A DNA stretch of 64,000 nucleotides. It comes from an uncultured Elusimicrobia bacterium. GTDB taxonomy: Bacteria; Elusimicrobiota; Elusimicrobia; FEN-1173. Positions 47,101 to 55,714 of the stretch are shown piece by piece. The notes below the pieces were generated by a model. That model saw only the letters and a program-made list of their open reading frames with translations. It was not told where the DNA came from and did no database searches. Every line of letters begins with the position of its first letter. Positions within the stretch are counted from its first letter, which is position 1. The stretch spans positions 28,521 through 92,520 of the forward strand of contig CAYZXT010000006.1 in assembly GCA_964482515.1 (NCBI GenBank), given 5' to 3'. The translations under genes were made by a program, and so were the position numbers.

Positions 47101-49825
47101 GAACGTTTTCCGCCTTTTCAAAATGAATCCTAATCAGAGGATGCGCCTGCATTATATGGTCGGCGCCGATCACTTCAACGTGTTCGTCCTCAACAAAGCC
47201 GGGCGATGGGTGGAAGACACGGTGGCGAAACTTTCCAAGAACCTCTTGGACCCAGCGCGCATCGCCGCATTGGACAACGTTTACCAAAACAATCCCCTCC
47301 ACAGACTCACGGCCCTTTTCATCGCCAGGATTGAAAAAGGTCGGGCGCTTATGCCGCGGTTCGATCAATTGGAAGCCGAGATCCGAGAAGCCTCACTAAC
47401 AAATATTTCCTTCGCTGATCAAGAAAGCGGGGGAAGCATTGCGCACGAGCAACTGACCATTCACGTCATGAAAGGCGTCCAATTCGAAGCCTCCTCCACC
47501 ATGGTGCGGAACGGCGATTACTCCCTGGTCCCTTACCACTATTACATGTACGCCAAAGCGCGCGGCATGTATAAAATCCCGCCGACGCCCCGGTGGAAAA
47601 TGGAAAAAAAACCCACGATGAGGCGCCTCGACAAAATCACCGGATTTTTACCCGACGGCGTGGCACCGCAGGGCATTTACTCGATGGAATGGCACCTCCG
47701 GTGGACGGCCAACATCACCCAGGCGGCCGCCAAGGAATTGCAGGTCAGCACCAACTGGGCGGAGTTCTTGGCGATGGTCCACGACCTCAGCGACTGGCCC
47801 TTCCGCCACTTTGGCCGGACAGGAGACTTCGCGCGGGTCATCGATGCCGCGCAAAGAGCCGGGTACAACCAGAAAGTCCAAACAGTGGAGCTGCTTGCCC
47901 AGGATGGGGTTTATCTGACCCCCGAAATGGTCAAAGACATTATACACTTCGACATAAGCAACCCGAACCCCACCAGCCCGGAGCAACAAGCCGCTTTGAT
48001 CGTGGATTCGCTCATGAGCGTTATGTCGGATATCGTCTTCGGACTAACGTATAGAGTCAGCGCTTCCAGCCAGGACACCCTCATTACGTACGACCAAATT
48101 CCGGAGGACCTTAGAACCCTCTTTAATTTGCGGGAAACGACACTCACGACTCTAAACGAGCAAAGCGACAACAACATCGGCGAGATGGTCCAGGTCGCCG
48201 TTTTAAACGCAGTCAGCAACCTGTACCGCGAGGTCGAGAGCTCCCAGGAGACCATTGAGGAGCTGGAACGTGTCATTCGGGAAATTGAAGCGGAAAAGGG
48301 TCCGCTTGATGACAAAGCCAAAGCGGACGTTCGCATCAAGGTTGTTAGGTTCGGGATTTACAAGCGAGCCGGTCAGGTCAAACAACAGGCCCGGGCAAAT
48401 TTTATCAGCGATCTCCTCTACAAACCCATGACGGCGGAATATTCCGCCGCAGCCTCCGATTACCTCATGCGGGCCTATGAAAAAACCTTCGGCGTCCCCT
48501 TCATCGGCGACGGTTCCGACGATGAAAAAGCCCGCGAATTCCTGGTAATACTCAGCCGCATGTCGGAAGACGAAGTCATCGCCTTGGCGGACGACGAGCC
48601 TGCGCGGAGCATGATGTACTTCGGTGGCGCGGCGGTGACGGGCGCCCTTGGCTTAATGGCCGCGTTTGGATCGATTCTCTTGGTTAATCGCTGGATCAAA
48701 AATCAAAATCCGGACTTCCGCCTTCCCTCATGGAACAACAAAGGGACCGCGGCCTATTTTGCTTTCAGCGTCCTTATGGGAATCCTTTTGTCCTCGTTCA
48801 TCCATGCATTGGGCGCCCCGCTTTGGATTGCCGACATGCTGACGGCGCTGTTCGTCATCTCCCCCCAGATTATCCTGACCGCCCGAATGAACTTGGCCCC
48901 GGCGACACATCAAACCCTTACGGACGAACACGTCGCGGAGGAAATCATTCCCAGTATTCGGATTACAACGACGAGCCTCGAGAAACAGCAATCTGAGATC
49001 CTGGCGCTGCTCACCGGCGACGCATCGAAATCCCCCGCCCGGAAACGGCAGCTGGCGGGCCGCGTCGCGGCGTTCGTGTCGACCTACGCCGCCCTGGACC
49101 GCGCCGCCGAGCAGCCCGGCCGGTCGGAAGCCGTGATTCAAGGCCTGGCGGATTCAGTCAGGCTAGCGCTCTCCTCGCTGAACGGATCCTTCAACGAGAC
49201 CCTGGCGTCCCTCTATAACGGCCTCATCGCGGCCGGGGTCCAATTGTTCCAGGGAAGCATCCCGAGCGGCCTGCAGATCGTCGTCGTCAACGCCGCCGAC
49301 CTGAAGGGTTTGAGCGCTTCCGAGCAGGACGTCTATCTCGCCCGCTACGTCGCGCCCGTGTTGGATTCCGCGCAGCGCGTCCTGGTCATCGGCGACGCGG
49401 CGTCTTACGGAGACGCTTCCATCGCCAAGATAAAGTCCGTCATCGACAACGCGAACGGCGGAAACGGCCTGCCCTACAGCTACGCGGAGGCGAAACGTCT
49501 GGACCCGGCCGATCCGGAATCGCCGGTCGACCTCATGGCGACGCTGAAACAAAGGGACGGCGCGGCGCTGAACGAGCTGACGGAAACAGGACTGCAGTTG
49601 AGCGGGTTCGTCACGGCCCTGGAACTCGCGAGCGTCGCGCCGCTGTCGAGCGACGACATCCGCGAGCTGTCGGACGCCGGCCTGCTCGCCCCCGACGGAA
49701 ACCTCTGGTTCCTGTGGGTCAGCATCGCCCTCAACCAGGCGTTCTCCGCGCAGAACGCGGCGCAGGCGATCCAGGGCATCGTCAACGACATCAACGGCAT
49801 CATCCAAACGCTGATCGCCGCCTAA
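44117..49825 (+). CDS. giant membrane protein 2 (about 1902 aa). It has a signal peptide, the TIKI/TraB-like N-module shared with giant protein 1, transmembrane clusters, an embedded NadD-like nucleotidyltransferase domain and a C-terminal region of unknown function
   Basis: 5.7-kb uninterrupted ORF. ATG at 44117 with AAGGGGA RBS (the listed TTG at 44084 is a less likely start). Signal-like LTRSVAAGTALLFLGSTVLSPWAEA. Transmembrane clusters at about 46320-46480 and 48610-48890. Confidence 0.85.
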   Translation: MASKPVFNARKSCLTRSVAAGTALLFLGSTVLSPWAEASFWQDRRKAVESSQRDPEAAQQFAQLPRALSDLNGALPRVANSFPDRQALTDIPSVQTDGISRKDVEHLPSWLTSLPATYGDIQKIRLVTRPEEHPLVVLVQDAHEIYSAQLNISHVLEHLDKNSQGQRLLIGLEGAAGPLDLKTYRRSADRRRQAIVSDVLLETKLLSGPEHFGFTAEREPRMLGVETPTLYIENVQAYQELLPRKDAFKEQLSAFDFSLKPAKDKFFSLTLWALDENIASYHKGSLDLLHYVKFLSKQVELGKDFPETRQLLDVLALEDSLDFKAVESERLQLVKILSHRLDKAALNGLLQASLAYKMGRISYGAYHEHLRILTRNAGVDLSRFPGFNVYIQYVLLSEKIDKYTLFDEVNALKETVVDRLGSSQGQKELLRLSEDIRLLESLSEQQFGPTEWERYSARRDEILRIPQRIAALSHDAQPSPSAVASFQETLPLFERFYRAADARNGALIGNLLEGMQPAASGQTAAVIVVGGFHAPAIEKLLGDKNISVVTVTPKVGPVDKASRYLDVFALKHVPLEKMFLGEKLYMAPVRLTGTNEAMAAIQPARTTDDLKRVYLTYDYILDQLGETGRKIKAFGDLDKHIESTFDRAHGVWFFKVLMPDGSNPIYLCGAETAGAREKVISALGYAPSGLKWKIDKQEDDIALVIISDRAAEKYPFLQAKPSLTSWVKDAVDFLRQPPTVAVAGFVAVTALVAQYAIVILGLGVPAALMMGMAWGVIVPVLIILMGQLPRFARMPAFAPAMMRASNNSQQPEEVSPSAPLFMQSTSQGGKSAVNANSTEETRAIKAWIREQLDLMSEELGKTPDTYEEILRHSDEALTAIAQRIIDGTLNRHAAINVDPDAPPVKTTDEELNIGVYAVAANPLHWGHILLALDAVAYHGVDQVVFIPQGEDERKPDLDKLNTEQRHEIVPAVLANFAPFFKYSPLGLGNKYDGETNVFRLFKMNPNQRMRLHYMVGADHFNVFVLNKAGRWVEDTVAKLSKNLLDPARIAALDNVYQNNPLHRLTALFIARIEKGRALMPRFDQLEAEIREASLTNISFADQESGGSIAHEQLTIHVMKGVQFEASSTMVRNGDYSLVPYHYYMYAKARGMYKIPPTPRWKMEKKPTMRRLDKITGFLPDGVAPQGIYSMEWHLRWTANITQAAAKELQVSTNWAEFLAMVHDLSDWPFRHFGRTGDFARVIDAAQRAGYNQKVQTVELLAQDGVYLTPEMVKDIIHFDISNPNPTSPEQQAALIVDSLMSVMSDIVFGLTYRVSASSQDTLITYDQIPEDLRTLFNLRETTLTTLNEQSDNNIGEMVQVAVLNAVSNLYREVESSQETIEELERVIREIEAEKGPLDDKAKADVRIKVVRFGIYKRAGQVKQQARANFISDLLYKPMTAEYSAAASDYLMRAYEKTFGVPFIGDGSDDEKAREFLVILSRMSEDEVIALADDEPARSMMYFGGAAVTGALGLMAAFGSILLVNRWIKNQNPDFRLPSWNNKGTAAYFAFSVLMGILLSSFIHALGAPLWIADMLTALFVISPQIILTARMNLAPATHQTLTDEHVAEEIIPSIRITTTSLEKQQSEILALLTGDASKSPARKRQLAGRVAAFVSTYAALDRAAEQPGRSEAVIQGLADSVRLALSSLNGSFNETLASLYNGLIAAGVQLFQGSIPSGLQIVVVNAADLKGLSASEQDVYLARYVAPVLDSAQRVLVIGDAASYGDASIAKIKSVIDNANGGNGLPYSYAEAKRLDPADPESPVDLMATLKQRDGAALNELTETGLQLSGFVTALELASVAPLSSDDIRELSDAGLLAPDGNLWFLWVSIALNQAFSAQNAAQAIQGIVNDINGIIQTLIAA
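46840..47260 (+). other. NadD-like (nicotinate/nicotinamide-nucleotide adenylyltransferase fold) nucleotidyltransferase domain inside giant protein 2
   Basis: GVYAVAANPLHWGHILLALDAV...VDQVVFIPQGE...EQRHEIVPAVL...MRLHYMVGADHFN is collinear with NadD (GIFGGTFDPIHIGHLILAE...LDKVIFIPTGN...EHRLNML...ELYFIIGADNL), including the HxGH motif. Confidence 0.7.
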
Positions 49826-49849
49826 CAAAGCATCCAATATTCGCTTAAA

Positions 49850-49890
49850 TAAAACACCCGCCCTTCAACAAGGCGGGTGTTTTATTTTTG
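49850..49890. terminator. bidirectional rho-independent terminator
   Basis: ACACCCGCC-cttcaacaa-GGCGGGTGT (49854-49880) followed by TTTTATTTTT, with AAAA preceding. It serves the convergent giant gene 2 (+) and the 49904-50902 gene (-). Confidence 0.75.
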
Positions 49891-49903
49891 GATCGGAATT
49901 TGT

Positions 49904-50902
49904 TTATCCGCGGATTTTTTTGAAGACTTTCTCCACCTCGTCCCATACTTTTTTTGGGTCCTCGGCCAGGACGGTGTCCAGCAGTTCCCCTCCATCGTAG
50001 CTCCAGGCCGCCAGGTGGGTGACGCCGGCCTTGACCGCGGCGTCGCAGGCCGCCTCGATTTCATTCTCCCGGCCCTTCGACAGGCGCATCGCCTGGACCC
50101 AGATCTGGCTCCCTTTTCCCGCGGCGGAGCGCACGGTCTTTTCCGCGAAACGCGTCACGGTCGGCCCGGGCGGTTCGTTCCGCCGGGGCGGCCAGCGCCA
50201 GTAGGGATCGCTGCCGAAAATATCCAGCGCGGGGATGGCCGAAAGGTTGTTCCAGATCTGCTCGTATCCCGCGTATCCTTCGAAAGCGTAGAGGCAGAGC
50301 GCGTTGCGGACGCGCCGGCGATGGGTATAATCCATCAAACCCTCCAGGAAGCCGCGAAGCGTGCGAAGGCGGAACGTGCGGGCGTCTTCGTCCATGCGCT
50401 GCGGCATGACGCGCCCGAAGTCCGCCTTGAACAGTTCCTGGCACGCCGGGCAGATGCAGGAGTAAATCCCTTCCCACTCCAGGTCCCAATGAAAATAGAC
50501 GTGGGGCTCGTCCCAGAAAATCACCTGCGCGCCCTGGTCCGCGACGTGGGAAACCCACTGCCGGACGAAGGTCTGGAACGCCGGGCTGTTGAGGCAGGCC
50601 GCCGGAACGCGTTTCCCGTTGGAGAGGACTTGCCAGGTTTCGGGATGGTCCAATAAAAACTTGGAGAGGGCCTCGCCGCCGAAAACGCCGCCGAGCCCCC
50701 AGGGGTCCACCCAAAGCTCCAGGCCGCGCTTGCGCGTGTCCTCGAAGATCCGGGAGAGCGACGCTTTGTGAAATTGGAAATCGTTTTCGCTGTAGGTGTG
50801 GACGACGTAGTCGCAGCAATCGGCCAGGCGGGCCTGGTCGCGGCGGGCATGCTCCAGATAACGGTTGCCGAAATAGGAAACGCCGGTGAGCAAGATTTTC
50901 AC
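49904..50902 (-). CDS. hypothetical protein (possible TIM-barrel glycosyl-hydrolase-like fold)
   Basis: 332-aa ORF with coding-like composition. No diagnostic motif. Confidence 0.5.
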   Translation of the reverse strand: MKILLTGVSYFGNRYLEHARRDQARLADCCDYVVHTYSENDFQFHKASLSRIFEDTRKRGLELWVDPWGLGGVFGGEALSKFLLDHPETWQVLSNGKRVPAACLNSPAFQTFVRQWVSHVADQGAQVIFWDEPHVYFHWDLEWEGIYSCICPACQELFKADFGRVMPQRMDEDARTFRLRTLRGFLEGLMDYTHRRRVRNALCLYAFEGYAGYEQIWNNLSAIPALDIFGSDPYWRWPPRRNEPPGPTVTRFAEKTVRSAAGKGSQIWVQAMRLSKGRENEIEAACDAAVKAGVTHLAAWSYDGGELLDTVLAEDPKKVWDEVEKVFKKIRG

Positions 50903-50956
50903 CTCCCTTTCACAACAAGAATACGCCGGCAGCGGGCGGCGTCAAGGGTCGAAAAA

Positions 50957-53197
50957 TCATTCCCCTTCCCGCAGAAAAGCCTCCGGGATCCAGTAGCCGT
51001 TCTGGGGACGCCAGCCGTTCTCGCGGGAAAGCGTCCGGAAGAAGACGTCCCGCAGGTCCTGGACGCGCTTCGCGCCTTCCCGCATGACGGCGAAGTCCGT
51101 CTCGCCGTTGGAATCCGCCCCGAAGTGGTACAGCTCGTAACGAACGGACGGGCGCGTGGGGACATAGACCAAGCGCTCCTGGCCCAGCTGCACCATGCGG
51201 TGCCGGGCCATCATGACGATGTCCGCGTATTCCGGCTTCAACCGCAGATAGCCGCCGCGCCAAAAATCAAATTCCACCATGAGCGGGACCGGCGGATAGG
51301 GCAGGCGCTGCTTTTGATAGAAGCCGCCGTCGAAAGGCGACGCCCAAATCCCGGTCTCCGAATAGGCCGCGAAATATTCGTCCGCCTCGCCGCCGAAATC
51401 CCGCTCCGTGAGCGGATATCCCTCCATCTCCAGCGGCGCGGCCAGGTTCAGCAGGGAGAGGAGCGTCGGCGCCGCGTCCACGCCGCGCACCGGCTCGGAG
51501 ACGACCCGCGCCGGCATGCGGTGCCTCGGGTCCTGGAAGACCAGCGGCGCCTCGACCACTTCCCGCCCGCGCAGATGGTTGCCGTGGCCCTGACCGAGAC
51601 CCCGTTCAAAGAGCTGCTCGCCATAGGGAGACCATAGAACCACGATGGTCTTATCGGTCATTCCGTTTTTTTTCAGAGCGTCCAAAACCCGGCCCACGGC
51701 CGCGTCCACGGCGCGGACGTTGTTCTCGTAAAGCTCCCGCACGCGCTCCCGGTCCGCGGGAGAAAAACGCGCCCGCGCGCCGGCGGCCATGGGCATCATG
51801 TAGCGGCATGACCCTCTATAACGGTTGTGCATCACGTCGCCCGCCAGGGACGAGGACAGGGCGTAGGGCTCCCGCAGCGCGGAGAAATAGACCGTGAGGA
51901 AAAATTTGTCCTTGAACCGCAGCCTCGCCAGACGTGCTTCGGCCTCCTGAGCCAGCAACATCGGGTCGGACAATTCGGCCAACCCCCGCAAGGACGGGAA
52001 TGCCTGCCGCCCCCAATACCCGGAAAAATAGGGCAGCAAATGGACCTGCCGCTTGAAGGCGCGCTGGCGGAACAGCGAGCCGGCCCGCGCGTCCGGCGCC
52101 CGCACGCGGTGGAACGATTCCCGGACGCGCCCGAAGAAATTCCCCCCGAAGTCCGCCACCGCCTCCGTCCAATAACCTTCTTTGTTCAAACGGACGGGGA
52201 TCCCTTCGGCGCCCAGGCCCAGTTCGTCCGGCGAGGGGAACGCGTCGCGCACGCCGTGGGTGAAGGGCGAAAGCCCGGTGAAGAACGTCATCAGCGAGGG
52301 ATAGTTCCGCGCCAGCGGCGGCACGCAGGACGTGAAGGTCCGGCTCTGCGCGGCCAGTTCCGCGATGCGCGGCGCCAGCGGTTTTCCGTCCCGCTGCGCG
52401 GAGATCATATCGGAACGGAATGAATCCACCATCAGGACCAATACGTTGGACCCCTGGTTGCGGCGGGCCTGCAGGCGGAACACACCCCACACCCCTCCGA
52501 TGAAAACCGCCAGGAAAACCACCGCCACCAACCCGCCGAAACGCACGGGCGGGCGGAGCGCCTTCAGCCAGCGGACGAAACGCCGGACGATTTCCACGCA
52601 GGCCGCGGCCAGGAAGAGATACGCCGTCCATGTGTAGGCGGACAGCATCCAAACCGGGCAGATGTCCGTCACAAATATCTGCTGGAAGCGGAAGAAAAAG
52701 CCCCGCTCTAAAAAAGCTTCCTGATAAAGCGCCGGATGGCGGAACATGTCCCCCGTGAGGAAAGCGCCGTGGAGCCAGAATATCCCGAGGGCCGTGGCCG
52801 CGATGCGGGCGCCCCGCGAAAGGCGGTGGCGGTCCGCCGCGGGCCAGAACTCCCCGAGCAGGATCCAGACGTTCCGCCAAACGACGCCCCAGAACATCCC
52901 CAGCAGGACGTGCAAGACAAACAGGACGAAGTGGAACAGCGCGCGCTGAAGGAGGAACATGTCCTCGGGCAGCGGGACATAACTCAATCCCTCAAAACCG
53001 AAGAGTCGCCCGGGCCCCGACTGCCACCGGGAGAAAAGATAAAGCGCCACGCCGACGCCGGCGCCGACGCGGGACTCCAGGGAGCGGGCCGACTCCTTCT
53101 CGATCCATTGCGCGGCTTCCCATCCGCCGGAGACGATCCAGCGGCTGAAGATTTCGCGCAGGATTTTTCGGGCGCGCGGCCAGCGGTCAGGGTTCAT
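50957..53197 (-). CDS. membrane-anchored sulfatase-like hydrolase/transferase (alkaline-phosphatase superfamily, LtaS/phosphoethanolamine-transferase-like architecture)
   Basis: N-terminal polytopic transmembrane region followed by a catalytic-domain start VLVLMVDSFRSDMIS...TSCVPPLARNYPSLMTFFTG typical of the sulfatase family. Confidence 0.68.
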   Translation of the reverse strand: MNPDRWPRARKILREIFSRWIVSGGWEAAQWIEKESARSLESRVGAGVGVALYLFSRWQSGPGRLFGFEGLSYVPLPEDMFLLQRALFHFVLFVLHVLLGMFWGVVWRNVWILLGEFWPAADRHRLSRGARIAATALGIFWLHGAFLTGDMFRHPALYQEAFLERGFFFRFQQIFVTDICPVWMLSAYTWTAYLFLAAACVEIVRRFVRWLKALRPPVRFGGLVAVVFLAVFIGGVWGVFRLQARRNQGSNVLVLMVDSFRSDMISAQRDGKPLAPRIAELAAQSRTFTSCVPPLARNYPSLMTFFTGLSPFTHGVRDAFPSPDELGLGAEGIPVRLNKEGYWTEAVADFGGNFFGRVRESFHRVRAPDARAGSLFRQRAFKRQVHLLPYFSGYWGRQAFPSLRGLAELSDPMLLAQEAEARLARLRFKDKFFLTVYFSALREPYALSSSLAGDVMHNRYRGSCRYMMPMAAGARARFSPADRERVRELYENNVRAVDAAVGRVLDALKKNGMTDKTIVVLWSPYGEQLFERGLGQGHGNHLRGREVVEAPLVFQDPRHRMPARVVSEPVRGVDAAPTLLSLLNLAAPLEMEGYPLTERDFGGEADEYFAAYSETGIWASPFDGGFYQKQRLPYPPVPLMVEFDFWRGGYLRLKPEYADIVMMARHRMVQLGQERLVYVPTRPSVRYELYHFGADSNGETDFAVMREGAKRVQDLRDVFFRTLSRENGWRPQNGYWIPEAFLREGE

Positions 53198-55643
53198 CGA
53201 GCGGGTCCCCCTTTCCTTGCCGTTGGCCGGCCTCCGTGGTCTTCAAGAGGGGGTCGGCCCAGAGCGTCCGGTCCGCGGCCGACGACGGATTTTCCCACAC
53301 GGTGGGGCTCGCGGACGAAGGGCGGCGCCCGATGAACAACAGCGGCCCCTCGTCCCCGGGAGACGGCGACGCGGAGCCTTCCATCCACGGGAAATTGTTG
53401 TAGTCGTACCATTCCACGCCGCGGCGCTCCAGGAAAGGCAGCCGGTACCGGGAGAAAAGCAGCTGGTCATTGGAGAGATATTTTTCGTTCACGCGCACCT
53501 GCATGACGTAGGAAATGGACGGTGGCCAAGTTTCAAAGCGGACCTCGCCCGTCGACGCGTTCAGCGTGAAAGAATATTCATAGGCGCCGGTGCGCGCGGA
53601 CTCCCCTGAGGAATGGAAGGAGCGGAACTGTCCGCCCGGAAGGCGGATGGAGCCGCGGACCGGCTGTCCCTTCAGGTCCCAAAAAACCAGTCTCGTCTCC
53701 AGCGGATCCGGATCGACTTCGTCCATCACGCGCCGCGTCAGGCTCAGCAGGTTGCGCTCCCGGTAGATAAGGTTGCGCGTTTCGCCCGGGTCCGCCCAAA
53801 TATCATACAGCTCTTCCCGGCCGTCGGGCATCCGCAAAATCTCCTCGCCCCATAATCCGCGCAGCTCCGTTTCGGCGGAACGTTCGCGCCGGACGTATTT
53901 ATAATGCCCTTCCGTCAGCAGGGACTTGGCGCCGTGGGCGTAGGTCAGGATCGGAAGGGCCTGCTCCTGGTCCGTGGGCTTCAGCGACAGGGAAAACGTC
54001 GAGCCTTGGAAGGTCCCCGGCGACGGCAATCCGAGGAGGGCCAGGAAAGTCGGGGCCGCGTCCAGGAGCTGCGTCGGCTTGTGAAAAATCCGCCCGGGCG
54101 GCAAATTGCGGTGCTTCAAAATCCAGACGGCGTGAATTTCTTCCTCCGTCAAATGGATCCCCTCCGCCGGGACGAAGCGCCAAAGCGCGCGGCCCGTGGA
54201 CGCCGAAACCATGGGACGCGGCGAGAAAACGGCGCCCCGGGTCGACATCGCCGAGACAAGACTGCGTTCGCCCAGATTGAAATCCTGCAAAAACTGGAGG
54301 AAGCGTCCGAGATATTCGTCAATGTATGACAGCTGCGCGCGCCGGCGCCATAAATCCAGATCCCCCCGGTCCCGCGGGAATCCATCGAACCCGCGGCCCC
54401 AATAGCGGAGCGGGGGTGGAGAATCCGGCGCGGCCTCTCCCGCATAGACCAAGAGGAAAAACGGCTCTTCCCCCTCATGCGCGGCCAACCAATTCTCCGC
54501 GGCCTGAAAGGTCTGGGCCGTGTCGTAGCCGGACGGCGCGAAAGCGTGGACTTCGTCGAAATTCCAGTCCACGCCCGGGCCGGGGTTGTCCGTCATGAAC
54601 CCCAAGGGACCCATGGCCACGGTGCGATAACCCGCCTCCCGCAAGACGGTCACCAGGCTCGCGGGCGCGTTCGCGTAAAAACGGTCGCGCTCCGCAGCGC
54701 CGGGGCTGGACGCCCGCGCCGCTTCGCCGATCTGGCTGATCCGGCGCGACGTCAACAGGCTCGGCAGGGCGAAGCGCGGCGATACGGCGTTGGTGTAGAA
54801 CCGTTGGTAGTCGACCCCCTGGCGGGCCAGGGAATCGAAAGACGCGAGAGTATGCCGCGCGGCGCCGTGGGCCCCCATTTCGTCCGCGCGCAACGAATTC
54901 AAAACGATCAGTACGACGGAGTCACGCGGAGGATTTTTCTTCGGCCGGGGGACCCAAAGGAGGGGCTCCGCCCAAAAGGCGTGGACTGAATCCGCCGAAA
55001 CGCCGTCGTCCCCCGCGGCCTCCGCGTGGAAACGCAGTTTCACGGAGCGTCCGCTGATCTTTTTAAGGTCGATCTCCGCGGCGGGCCAATGGGCCTCGGC
55101 TTCGCGCTGCGACAAGGCGGGCGACGGCGGCAGCCATTTTTTCCAGCGGGGGTCCTGGAACGGTTCGTGGGAAAATATTTCCTGGTCGAACAATCTCTCC
55201 ACGCCGCCGCCCGCCACGACCGCGTCCACGGTGAAACGCAACCGGCCGGGGACCGGCCCTTCGGCAAGCACTCCGCAATGGAACGTCAATACAGCCGAAG
55301 TGGGAACGAAGACGTCGAATTCGTAGGTCGAAGGAGCGGGAGCGTAGAGCGCGCGACGGCGGATGAAGCTTTCGGGAGGGTGGCCCAGGGACACCTGGAC
55401 GACGCGGGGAGATTGGTTGGCGGAAGGACGGGCGTTGGCCCAGGGATTCTTCGCCAACCGCGACGCGGACGCGCTGAAATCGTCCGTCGAAAGCCGGGCT
55501 TCGGAAGCCCTCTGCAGGAAATCATAGGCGGCCGTTCGGCGGGGCTTTGCCAGGGGTTCCGGAGAATGGGCCGGCAGCCGCTTATCGTTGGGCCAGAGGA
55601 CCGCCAGTCCGTAAGCCAGTCCGAGGGCCGCGGCCACGCTCAA
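53187..55643 (-). CDS. sulfatase-family protein (alkaline-phosphatase superfamily) with single N-terminal anchor
   Basis: VVLIVLNSLRADEMGAHGAARHTLASFDSLARQGVDYQRFYTNAVSPRFALPSLLTSR sulfatase N-terminal region. Its stop overlaps the start of the downstream sulfatase-like gene by 11 nt. Confidence 0.68.
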   Translation of the reverse strand: MSVAAALGLAYGLAVLWPNDKRLPAHSPEPLAKPRRTAAYDFLQRASEARLSTDDFSASASRLAKNPWANARPSANQSPRVVQVSLGHPPESFIRRRALYAPAPSTYEFDVFVPTSAVLTFHCGVLAEGPVPGRLRFTVDAVVAGGGVERLFDQEIFSHEPFQDPRWKKWLPPSPALSQREAEAHWPAAEIDLKKISGRSVKLRFHAEAAGDDGVSADSVHAFWAEPLLWVPRPKKNPPRDSVVLIVLNSLRADEMGAHGAARHTLASFDSLARQGVDYQRFYTNAVSPRFALPSLLTSRRISQIGEAARASSPGAAERDRFYANAPASLVTVLREAGYRTVAMGPLGFMTDNPGPGVDWNFDEVHAFAPSGYDTAQTFQAAENWLAAHEGEEPFFLLVYAGEAAPDSPPPLRYWGRGFDGFPRDRGDLDLWRRRAQLSYIDEYLGRFLQFLQDFNLGERSLVSAMSTRGAVFSPRPMVSASTGRALWRFVPAEGIHLTEEEIHAVWILKHRNLPPGRIFHKPTQLLDAAPTFLALLGLPSPGTFQGSTFSLSLKPTDQEQALPILTYAHGAKSLLTEGHYKYVRRERSAETELRGLWGEEILRMPDGREELYDIWADPGETRNLIYRERNLLSLTRRVMDEVDPDPLETRLVFWDLKGQPVRGSIRLPGGQFRSFHSSGESARTGAYEYSFTLNASTGEVRFETWPPSISYVMQVRVNEKYLSNDQLLFSRYRLPFLERRGVEWYDYNNFPWMEGSASPSPGDEGPLLFIGRRPSSASPTVWENPSSAADRTLWADPLLKTTEAGQRQGKGDPLDEP

Positions 55644-55714
55644 GAACGCGGCGATCCGCCAGCCCCAGCGGGCCGGCGAAACTGCGGGTCGGGAGGCGGA
55701 GCGGGACGATGGTT

